A DNA stretch of 64,000 nt from Phoronis australis (lineage: Eukaryota; Animalia; Phoronida). Where the stretch lies: positions 503,007-567,006 of the forward strand of contig NMRA01000170.1 of assembly GCA_002633005.1 (NCBI GenBank), read 5' to 3'. Shown in pieces: positions 50,301 to 62,300 of this stretch. Within the stretch, counting starts at the first letter, position 1. The number at the start of each line of letters is the position of its first letter. Below the pieces are notes generated by a model. The model had not been told where the DNA came from. It did no database searches and saw nothing but the letters and a program-made list of their open reading frames with translations. The translations under genes and the position numbers were made by a program.

Positions 50301-53300
50301 TAGCCCGCATCATGCGGTGTTATTCCCCAACACTATGTCACGATACTTACTGGAAATGGTTAAGAGGATCATTTTCGACACAAAACTCATTCTCAAAAGC
50401 ATGTGGCAATTTTCAACGTACTTCTCATTCACATTGTCGCTATATGTTGTGCTTCTAACCAATTTGACCAAGCAATCACAGAGGTAAGGAATTTGCCTGC
50501 AAGTTCCTCTTCAAACTTTCAAATGCAACAAAAATTCTTTTCCCAAAAGATAATGTAAATAAGACGAGGGTGTTTGGACCCATAGGGATAATAAGACCCT
50601 GTTATAGGAGGGGAACTTGTTATAGACGGATATAAACAGAAAAGAGACCCAAGCTTCAAAAAACAGCTCTAGAGGGAGTCGCTGAAATGAGAGCTACCTG
50701 CCTTTCTCACTAAGTTTTAGTTGAGCAACTTCCACTTATAGATGGAATTGACGTGTATTTGGGAGTGATGGGAGAGTGCACTCGGTACTTCATTGAAGAT
50801 GAAGAAGTATGCAAAGAATCAGTTCCATACCGAAGCTGTAATCACTTGAAAGCCAAGACCAGTGTAATCATTCATATCATTGAGGCGGACATGTCTACAC
50901 CTGTCGACATTATCATAAGAGTTTCTGACGACATTCTAGTGTTACTTCTACACCATGTCCAACATCAATGGTGTGGATGTAGGTTGGGACTGTAGGACAA
51001 GGCGATATGTGTTATTTAAACGTAACTAAGATTGCTCTGTGTGCTGCACTCCTAGGCCTACACGTGTTCACTGGATGTCTGTACCGGTGCATTTGTAAGG
51101 AAGGACGTTAAGACCATATGCAATCGTGGCAAGAAGTGGTAAGTTCCAGAGAGTATTTGCTTCATTGATTCGCAATATCCCAACAGAAGAAGTCATCAAA
51201 ATCTTCCAGAACTCGACAAGCACCGGTTCAATTTTTTCGTCAAAACCTACAAACGAAAGTCAACGCTAAGCACCCATTTGAGAACCTTAAAAGCATCGAG
51301 GGCAGCAGTTTTCCACCGTGTGAAGCTGAACTAGTGCATTTACTGGTAGACTATGGGGGTAGCGCTCATCTCCAAATCTTGGACAAAACACTTGCATCGT
51401 TTGGTTCAGTGGAGAACAGATGCCCGTGTGCGCTTATTCCAGAGGCTCAAATTGAAACAAAGCCAGATGACAATGATGGCGATGCTGAGAGAGATGAAGG
51501 TATGGACAGTGATGAAGACAAAGATCATGATCCTTTACCAAGAGAAATGGAATCATCTGATGAAGAGAGTGATGATGATGACGACATAGATGTTTGCAAT
51601 CATGTTACAGCAGAGTGAATAATTATCATTGCCTTTTGGATTTTGGTTTTATAGTATGAAAAAGTAGAGGGCGTCAAGCATCACAATCCCATGTATTTTC
51701 ATGTCTTGCCCCTAGATATTCTTCAAGCAGTTGAGCGTTAATTTGTAGCCAGCTTATTTAGTTACCCCCAGATCTATCTTAACTTAACTTTTGTTTCATT
51801 TTTGTTGTATTTGAGAGTAAATTGGTTATGTCTTCAGATGTGTTTTTCTTTATTTGAAATAATATTTTTATCCGTAGGAATCAAAATTGTCGCCTTTCCT
51901 CTTTTATACAACTTCATTTTTGGGCTTTAGTTATTCCCGTCTGATCTGCTAACTCCAGGAAAAATACAGCCTTAAGCTGCGCAAGTGGTGTTTAGAGTTA
52001 CTAAAACTATCTTTTAAATAAATGTTGCACTTAAGTTTACAGAAATAATGTAATTAATAAGTTTTTTAATCAATAACACAAGATTTTTACATGTCATCAT
52101 TTGTATTTTTGCATCACTTGAAATAGTTTTTATTCATAGTAATAATAAAAAATTGTATTTCCTCTTTTATTAGTTCATTTTGAGGGTCTATCCTTTGGGA
52201 TCCAACACCCCCGTCTTATCTACAAAAACAGGAAAATGGCATCTTCAGTTGTGGATATGGTGTCTAGAGTTACTAACTTATCTTTTGTAAAAAATTTTTG
52301 ATGCACTTAAAAGCCTAAATAAATCGATAATTGTTCGGTATGATTAAGAGGTGTCTTAATTACTCCAGGCATTTTCACGTGTTAAGTTGTACCATTTTAA
52401 TTTGAGTGTTGATTTGAATGAAATAAACTTGAAACGGATGTTGCACTCGGAATTTAAATTAAATGGATTATTGGGTCCTTTTTAGACCCTCCACCCAGGG
52501 ACCAAGCCCAGAATTTTGCAACTTAAGACACCCTTTTTGTTCAATGGTAGGTTATGTATAATTAGAATTACGCACTTAAAAGTGTGAATGAAGTCTTACT
52601 GGTTCTCCAACTTAATGGTAAGCAGGGCCTGTGACACGAGGTGAACGTCAATGGTAAGTATCGATGAAAACTAGTCCTGCTCTTGTTCCTAACTTTTCCT
52701 TCATAGTTCCTACTTTTTCCTTCTTTTTATGCGCCCACATATATCCCCTAAATCGTTTGCAGGACCTTTACTAAATTTAGTAAGTGCATTTATATGATGT
52801 TAACAACGGAGGACGAGTTTCAGACGGATATGACTACTAGTGTGCTATCTAGTGGCAATTTTATTTTTTTTACGTTTACCTCTGTATGTTCAAAGGTCCT
52901 CAAAGTATTTTCACAAAATTTGGCATACAGGCATCTGTTATTGAGATGATGCTATCTCTTCGTTTTCAGATGGATTCGATCTAGTTTGCGCCACCTTAGT
53001 GGCCATTTTTACTGTTTTCGAGTCTGTTTTTAGGAATGCACTCGTCTATCAACCAAACCGCTTTCAGGATAATTGTGAAAATTTTGCATTATTGTATGTT
53101 TTTACTTTAACTGGACGGCTGATGATGATTTTCCGACGAATTCGACTACTGCGGCGCCTCTTAGTGGCACTTTTGTTTTTTTTTTGCGCTCATGGCTGTA
53201 TCTATTAAACCGTTTGCAGGATCTTTACTTAATTTAGCTAGTGTATTAACTTGATGTTGACAATGGATGACGACTACTTTCGGACGTATCTGACTAGTGG

Positions 53301-56300
53301 TGTGCCCCTAGTGGCAATTTTTTTTTACGTTTACCAGTCTGTATCTTCAAAGTCCTCAACAGATTTTCATAAAATTTTGAATATAGGCATCTATTGGTGA
53401 GATAACGCTATCATCCTGTTTTTGGATTGAATCGAGGTATTTTGCGCCGCCTGGTGGCCATTTTTGCTGTTTTGAAATCTTGTTTTTGGCGTCCACCCTT
53501 CGATCAACCAAATCATTCTATGGATGGTTTTGGAAATTGGCGTATATGTTTTCAACGTGAAGAGGACGTTTGATGATGGCGACTGACTACTGTGACGCCT
53601 GCTAGTGGTAGTTTTGTTTTGTTTTGCGCCCATAGCTGTATCTCCACTGAAATCCCACTGCAGGATCTTTATTGAATTTAGTAATTAAGTGTATTTATAT
53701 GAAGATAACAACAGACTACGACGACTTTCAGGCAGATCCAACGGACGCTTTGCTTACAAGTGGCAGTTTCATTTTGTTCTGTTTTCCATTGTTTCGCTGA
53801 AGTTCCTTGGCAGATTTTTATGAAATATGACATGTTCCCGTTTCTGAATGGATTGTACGTTTTTGCGCCATCTAGTGGCCATTTTTATGATACAAATAAA
53901 TAACCCTAAAAGCACACAATTTGCGATGCATTCGTGGGCGCATTACAACGCTCCACGTTGCTCTTGTTTTGAAAATGTGTCCTACTTTCTTCCTACTTTT
54001 TTGCCTAAAACTGCTTGAAAACCTGCTTTGGTTACCCGGTTTATGTTAAGAGTGTGGCATTGTTACCTGACTTGATGTCTTGCATTTTGTGTTGCCAGTG
54101 CCGCGTTGAGGACTCGTGATGCACCGTTCCTTGAAACTCTAGAACAGCGTGTTGCCGACTTCACACAACTCAACATGAAGGTGGCTGAAGAACTCCAGGT
54201 ATAGCGAATGGTTCTTTGTCTCCATATTTTCATCAATAAATAAGGTGAAGAACTATATATACCGGTGAGCAAATTCTAAACACCTTTTTCGTAATCATCA
54301 TATAAAACGTGGTTGATTACAAATACGTTAAAATTTCAATTATTTGGAAAAAAATGTCAGAGCAGCCTTTTTCATTTTTCAAAACTTTAAACGCTGTTAT
54401 GAATGCCTGCAATTTTTCAAAATATTGTCGTAATAAATATAGATTATTACATGGTGAAGTCTTTATCCCCCGTTATCTAGAGCCCGAGTGGATTTTGGAG
54501 AATTATCGCCCGAGGGGCGTTAGCCCCGAGGGTGACAATTCTACTAAATCCACGAGGGGGATAACAACTGAGAACATGTAATAATCTATTTATACCACAT
54601 ACTGAACGAGAAACATTGCAATGAATCAATCTACCTTTCTCGACTCGCCCTGGCTTTGTAACTACTTTCTATGTCAGAGGCTCGGGGTCGGAGGTCGTGA
54701 CCTTTTAAGAAAAGCTGAGCTATTTTTATCAAATAATGCTTTTACTCAAAACCAAATGAAAATTTAAACAAAATAGAAACAAAGTGAATCTATAAATTAA
54801 GATTTAGTAACTATTATAGTTTACTACACATTTTATCACGCCAAGCTTCGACCGGGAAAATATCGTCTGCTAAAGTAGGTTACCGATAGTAACTGAGTAT
54901 AATGCTCAATTGGAGATCAGTGATTTACAAGTGAGAGAACACGAGAGAAAAATTTCACTGAATTAAGATATTGTTTTTATTGAAATTATGCGTCTTATTT
55001 TTCATAGCGTATAAACGTCGGTACAGTGCCCTTTGCTGAACACACGATTGTTGCGCGTGCTCATTTAAGTATTCTATTTTCACGTTCGATGACGTCAGCC
55101 GCTGACTGGTGTAGTGATAAAGTCTGCGACTCGAAACTCTTGAGGCCCGGGTTCGAAACCAGCCTCGGTTTCCCGCCAAAATGTTATCTCACCAGTGAGA
55201 TAACTAAATGGGTTATTACACGGTTGTGTCTTCCATTTGACGCTTATATTTTAGTATAATGGTAGTCATAATATGGAAACAGAAAAATGAACCATGATTA
55301 CATTTTTGCTAATTTATGATTAATAATGAAAAATGAGAGCATTATGCTTATATATCTTTCCATGTTGCATCCAAAATTGGGGAGATTTTACCCCATTTCC
55401 AAAATAGGAAATTAATGTATTTTCAATAACTTTATTGCGATTAGCTGAAAAAATCATTCAAACCCCTTTCCTTGTCTAATACATATAAAAAATTCTTAAT
55501 TTTATACAGTGTATCATTAAAAGCCGTGCAGCCGAAACCTTTGACTTATTCAAGCTCGTACTGTGTACACTTCTAGGTTGTCAATTATTGGGATTGGTGG
55601 CCGTTATGAACCGCACCATGACTTTGCAGGGGTAAGTGACGACTTGTGTGTTTAGTTTTGGGGCCATGTCTGTGCTTCATATGTCAGCCATTACATGATT
55701 ATAAGCGTGGGGTAGACTCGCTCCAGTTCGTTTACAAAGAATTGTGAGAAACTTGAAAATGTCATCCTTTTACTTCTAAAATGTCATGGCGTCATTGTAT
55801 TTGTTTGGAAAATTCATGGTTCACCTGAATCAATTTTTTTAAAACATAGTCAAAGTGAACTATATATGAGCTGGAATACCCCTTGTAAATAATTCATGTT
55901 TTGGTCGACATGAGCCTAGGTCACTGCCCTTCAAGTGCATAGAACCTCTATAAACATGTCTCAGTGTTTTGTAGGTAGCCAATTATGGAATTGGCGGCCA
56001 TTATGTGCCTCATTTTGATCACGCACTGGTAAGTCAGAGAATGCTTGTTGAGTTTGGTGGTCATGAGGTGTCCATGTGCTGCCTGCAACTTTTCGGTTCC
56101 ATTCTGGTTTCAAAGCTCACATAAGCCTCTAGGCCTTGTCTATGACTACATACAGTGGAAGTTACGTGGTAATGGTTCGCACAGAACTTGAAAATTTGGG
56201 TATTTATAAGGTTTGAAAAGTTGTGTATTTTTTACACAAAACCTTGTCAAGTTTTCAAAAATCTGAAATATAACGATACCCGGTATTAATTTTGGGAATG

Positions 56301-59300
56301 ATTTTTGTTTCTTTCCTATCGGTCTCATAATTGTCACAAAAATTAAGTGGGAAATTAATTAAACTCTCTTCTTAGTCATTATGATTCCGTTTAGTTATGG
56401 ACAAACAGGCCTACTCATACCAGCCCTACCTGTCACAGCCCTCTGGGTATAATGTCTTGTAGGGTGTTGAAAATCCTTGAATTATGTCCAAGAAGTTCCT
56501 GAAAAGATCGTGCATTTCGTCACCAGAAATCTGTGCGAACCATGAGTATTGCTAAGCTGCTTTCGCACTGAGCTCATTCTCTTTGCATGATGAAGTCATG
56601 GAAGCCTGTCTTGTCAATTATGCTTGCTCCCCCTAGGGGCAATTTTGCTTTTTGCATATGCGGTTGTGTCTCCCCCTAACCCTTTGAAGGATCTTTGCTG
56701 TGAAATTTGGCAGATGGGCTCCTGTAGAGATGACAGCAGATGACGATGAGCGTCAGACCAATCTGACTATAGTTGTGCCCCCTAGCGTCAATTGTTTTTT
56801 TACATTTGCCTCTATATCTTAGGAGTTCTTTCGCTTCTCACTTCAGATGGGTTTGACACATTCTGCGCCATCTAATGACCAGTGTTATGATACTAAAAGC
56901 ACCCATAGAAGTACACCGTTAGCTGTCGTCCGGTACCTTTGTATTTGCGCTGCAGCAGTGCAAGATCATGTCGACACCATACACTGCTCTTGTTTATAAA
57001 TGCAATCCACGTCTAGTTCCTGCACAATCCCCATTGCCCATCTTTAAAGTTTTTAAGTTTTTACTAAATAGTTTCCTCAGTTTGCTGACACGTCCTGCCA
57101 GGAAGTGTCTTTGCTGAATTTTGTTGCAGAAAACGTATGAAAACATGACCCCCATTGAACGTAGAGATGGTAATCGCATGATAGCCACAGTGTTGTTCTA
57201 CATAAGTGTGTCTGCTGTGATCAGACTACGGAATGCAAGAATTATCACTTGGTGGGTCAGCGACTCTGGCTTGAATGTAACGTTCACGTTGGATGGGGGA
57301 CTCCAGTAATAGGGATGGGGGATGTGCCGCCAACTCTGGAAGGTAGTTTGTCCTTTCAGGTATTGCCTTTGGCTGGTAATTTGAATCTCATTGAGGGTGG
57401 GTTATTTGGCTTTGGTATTGTTTTGTGTGGGTCTTCTGGATAATATGGATTTGTGTTAAGCTGGGAGTTGGATAAGCATTCACTTGATAATTATGTCTCA
57501 AGTCACCATTGTCTTGATTGTTTAGACATTGTGCTGATTTGGATTTTTTTAAGTTGAAATGTGTGGCGGCACCTCCTTTCCATATACCCATTATTTGGAC
57601 GAGAGCGCTTTAGTGAATTCTTTGCATTTTCGATCTCACAGTTATGGATGTGATGGAATTAGCCATTGGCCAGATTCTGAATGATTTTTGACTCTATATC
57701 TGAAATTCCTTCGTGTTACATGCAATGTCTATAATTCTCGACTATTTGTTTCTTATGGCGTCATCAGAAAGAAGAAGTAGACGCATTCAAAAGTCTCGGT
57801 ACAGGCAATAGGATTGCAACCGTCCTATTCTATGTAAGTTTATAAGTCTTGGTACATGCCATCAGATTGCAGCAGTCTAATGGTAAAATGTCACCAATTT
57901 GGAATGTGGAATTTTATTTTCTCGTTTTTGTATAATTAACCTACAAGCACTGCTCAAAAAATGCTTTGCCATTTTAATCTTCTGCATCATAACTACTACG
58001 AGACAGTATTTTAAACATTGTGGACATACGCAATATTGCTCAAAGCTTTTGAACAATTAAATGGGTCAATTCTGGCATTTTTTGTCCAAAATTGGTGAGG
58101 TTTATCTCTGTTCTCTGTATGTTTAGAAGTATTGGTACAAGCAATTGGGTTGCAACAGTCTCATTCTATTTTCAAGTTAAACTTTCTTAATGTATAGAGT
58201 AGAACCTGTGTTGAAAAACATAGGTACTGCCTGTCATCCACAAAATACGCTCAAATGCATGCTTTTAATCTATGAGTATAAATATTTATTCAGGAACTGT
58301 TTAGTTTAAGATTTGACAAAGCTTAGTTTACATCTTGTATTTGGTCAATGACTTGTGAGCTTTACTCATCGACTGCGAAATATATGCCTGAATAAACTAT
58401 ATACAGCTCCAAACATCTTGAAAATGATATTCACGAGCCAGGGAGTACTTCCGTTGTACTTGTGCTCATATTAGATCTTAAATTTTATACCACAAGATTA
58501 GCCTCGAATGGCAGATACATATAGATTATTGCATGGCGAAGTCGTGATAATTCTACAAAATCCACGAGGGCTCTAGATAACGGGGGATAACGACTGAGAA
58601 CCTGTAATAATGTATTTATGCCACATACTGAACGAGAAACATTGCAATGAATCGATCTACCTTTCTCGACTAGCCTCAGCTTTGTTACTACTTTCTATGT
58701 CAGAGGCCCGGGGTCGGAGGTCGTGACCTTTTAAGAAAAGCCGAGATGTTTTTGTAAAATAATGCTTTTACTCAAAACCAATAAAGTGAATCTATAAATT
58801 AAGGTTTAGCAACTGTTATAGCTTACTACACATTTTATCACGCTAAGCTTCGACCGGGAATATATCGTCTGCTAAAGTAGGTTACCACTAGTAACTGACT
58901 ATAATGCTCAAGTCAAAGGATCCCGACCACACGACACCTGCATTCAAATTGGAGATCGGTGATTTACAAGTGAGAGAACACGCGAGAAAAATTTCACTGA
59001 ATTAAAATATCGTTTTTACGGAAATTATGCGTCATATTTTTCATAGCGTATAAATGTCGGTGCAATGCCCTTTGCTGAACATGCAATTGTTGCGCGTGCT
59101 CATTCAAGTATTCTATTTTCACGTTCGATGACGTCAGCCGCTGAGTGGTGTAGTGGTAAAGTCGGCGACTCGAATCCGGCCTCGGTTTCCCGCCAAAATG
59201 TTGTCTCACTAGTGAGATAACTTTATGGGTTATTACAATGTTTTATCCGCCATTCGAGGCTAATATTGTGGTATAATCTACATTCATCTCACGAGCACAT

Positions 59301-62300
59301 TTTGCTTCATGTTTTGAAATTGAAAGCAAAGTCTAGAAACCCGAGATGTTTTCTCCAGACCTTAGCTGTGCTAAAATCGAGCCCTGTGTGTTTAGGAATC
59401 CTGACTGAATCAATAAACTTCAAAAAATTCGAGACTCCACTTTGGTTTGCTTTTGTTCAAAAAAAGCTATTACGCCGTAAATGCTCAGATTCTTCCACAG
59501 TCTCTACCTATACTAGAGACTGTCAAACATGAGTTAGCTATTGCCATTAATTAGTCCACATTACGGGGATATAGTATTTTGTCTGATTACTTTACCTTGT
59601 ACTGTTAGTGAATGTATTTTTAAGTTTCTGATCATTCCACTTAAATATTAGTATACCATTGACGTATGTATGTCAAAGTTTTAAGATTTTGTACAGAATC
59701 ATGTGACTAGCTTTTACGTGTGGTGTAATTCAAGTGCCTGTTTCCACATTGTGTTGTGATCAGTTGAATGCCTCTTGGTTTGGGGGTTTCATTACATGTG
59801 TCACATGCGTTTTGTTGTGTTACAGTTGAGTGACGTGGAAGCTGGAGGGGCCACGGTATTCACTAAGATTGGTGTGAAGGTTTTCCCCAAGAAGGTAGGA
59901 ATAGCAATTAGATGATAATCAACAGTGTACATAGCTGCCACTTTAGTGAAGAATACATACAGTCATGTCCTGCAGTACAATGACAAGATTAATTTTTGGT
60001 TTCTGTTCAATACTCCTCTTTTTTCCCTGATCCACATGGTGCAAAGTGTTTCTGTGTAGAATGGTGAGTCCCTTCCGTTCAGAAGAATGGTGGAAATTTT
60101 GGACACCTGATTTACGTTACGGCGTTTTCCCGTTGCTCCCAACTTGTTAGATTCTATAGCCCAATAACAAACTGGGCAGAACACCCTTGTAGCCAATATC
60201 TTACGCAGTTAGGAATTTTTTTAAGTGTTCAACTTTTGCCTGAGATGGAAAATTTGTCACAGATGAGAAAGGATTTTTAGCATTACAGCGTCCTGTCGTT
60301 CAGTAAGTTTTCCAGACGTGAGGGGTGCTTAACGTGCGATAACATCTGGTTTAACTTAACTTTCATTTTTATCAGCCCACCTCAGTCAGGCTAGATACGA
60401 TCTGATCGGAGATTGGAGCAGTTATCAAACAAGAGAGCGCAGGCCCTCCAACCATTAACGCCCGAATGGATCAATTGGCTACGGGGGTAAACTTCCCAAC
60501 TTGTTGTTGGGCTATACAATCGAACAAGTTGGGAGCAACGGGATGTCGCCGTCACGGGTTTGCAGTGAACAATGAACTGTTATTTTTGAGACCATGCTTG
60601 GTACATAAAATGGCCGCTGTAACAACACTACTTGTAGAGCCATGGCAAGAGTGAAATGATCTCAAATTTGACTGAGGAACAACACCCTAGATTTTTTATG
60701 CGCCCACATAATTATATGTGGACACATTATGCCGTCATCTCCATCCCTCCGGGCGGCGTCCGTCTGGCATCCGTCCGGCGTCCGTCCCGCGTCCGCTGCT
60801 CTAACTCCAAAACCGTTTGACGTATGTTCATGAAATTTTTCACATGTGTTCCTTTCATGTATGGGACGGCATGAGCGAACTTTCGGACAGATTCGACTTC
60901 CGGTCTGCCCCCCTATTTACATAAAATTTAGCATGTAGGCATCTATTAGTGAGATGACGCTATCCACCCGTTTTCGGATAGATTCGACGTAATTTGCGCC
61001 ACCTAGTGGCCATTTTTACTGTTTTCAAGTATGTTTTTAGTCGTCCACTCCTCTATCAACCAAATTGCTTTCAGGATAATTGTGGAAACTGGCATTTATG
61101 TTTTTACTATGAAGTGGACGGCTGACGATGATTTTCCGATGACTTCAGCCACTGAGGCGCCTCCTAGTGGCAGTTTCGTTTTTTGCGCCCATGGCTGTAT
61201 CTCTTAAGCCGTTTGCAGGATCTTTACTAAATTTAACAAGTATATTTACACGATGTTGACAAAGAGCCGCGACGACTTTCAGACGGAAATGACTATTGGT
61301 GTGCCCCCTGGTGACAATTTTAGATTTTACGCTTACCTCTGCATCTTCAAGGGTCCTCACCGGATTTTCATAAAATTTTGAATACAGGCAACTGTTGGTG
61401 AGATGACGCTATCCTCCCGTTTTTTGGATGGAATCGAGGTATTTTGCGCCTCCTAGTAGCCATTTTTGCTGTTTTCGAGTCTGTTTGTCAACCAAATCAT
61501 TCTGAGGATGTTTTTGAAAATTGGCGTTTATGTTCTCTGTGTGAAGAGGATGGTTGACGATGAAGACTTTGACTACTGTGGCGCCTCCAATGGTAGTTTT
61601 GTTTTGTTTTGTTTTGTTTTGCGCACATAGCTGTATCTCCTAAACCCACTGCTGGGTCTTTATTACATTTAGTAAGTGTATTTATATGAAGCTAACAACT
61701 GACAGTGACGACGGATCCAATGAACACTGTGCCCCCTAGTGGCAGTTTTCATTTTATTCTGTTTTCCTTTGTTCTCTGAAGTTCCGTGACAGATTTCTAT
61801 GAACTTTGATGAATAGCTTTCTATTAAAGAAGCTATGACATGTTCCCATTTTCGGATGGATTGTACGTTTTTGTGCCATCTAGTGGCCATTTTTATGACC
61901 AATAAACAACCCTAAAAGCACACCGTTTACGATGCATTCGTGGGCGCATTTCAACGCTCCGTTTTGCTCTTGTTTTACAAGCGAAACGTCTCCATTTCTT
62001 TCTCTCTTTCTCCAGGGAACAGCTGCATTTTGGCATAACCTGTACAAGAATGGGCAGGGGAACTTTGATACCCGCCACGGGGCCTGTCCTGTTTTGACAG
62101 GATCTAAATGGAGTGAGTGCTGGTGGCTATACTCTATTAAGTTTCATAAATATACGTGTTTGGATCGCTCTGTACTCACAAAGTTTATCTTTATTTTGAG
62201 CTATTTTTGACTAATGTCATTTTCTAATAATAAAATGTCAAAAAACTGAGCCATTATTTCAAGGAAAGAAGTCGTGACTTATATCAACTTAGGGCGTTGC

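Larger units (their letters stand above)
48843..54025. mobile_element. hAT-like element with 6-bp TSD and CCTACTTTT subterminal repeats, hosting nested elements
   Basis: TIRs CAGGCTTTCAAGC / GCTTGAAAACCTG; TSD CTTTGG (48837-48842, 54026-54031); empty site gcctttggatacccgg at ~12160 and ~15480. Confidence 0.8.

Noticed and set aside
51334-51618. Acidic 94-aa ORF as an independent gene
   Set aside because: It is the C-terminal tail of the decayed Academ transposase.
55098-55171. Functional tRNA gene
   Set aside because: Acceptor and anticodon stems pair poorly, the copies differ in the anticodon region, and it sits inside a dispersed repeat.
57202-57207. U12-type AT-AC intron donor
   Set aside because: The U12 donor consensus is ATATCC; ATAAGT is a U2 donor with G>A, and the downstream acceptors are AG.
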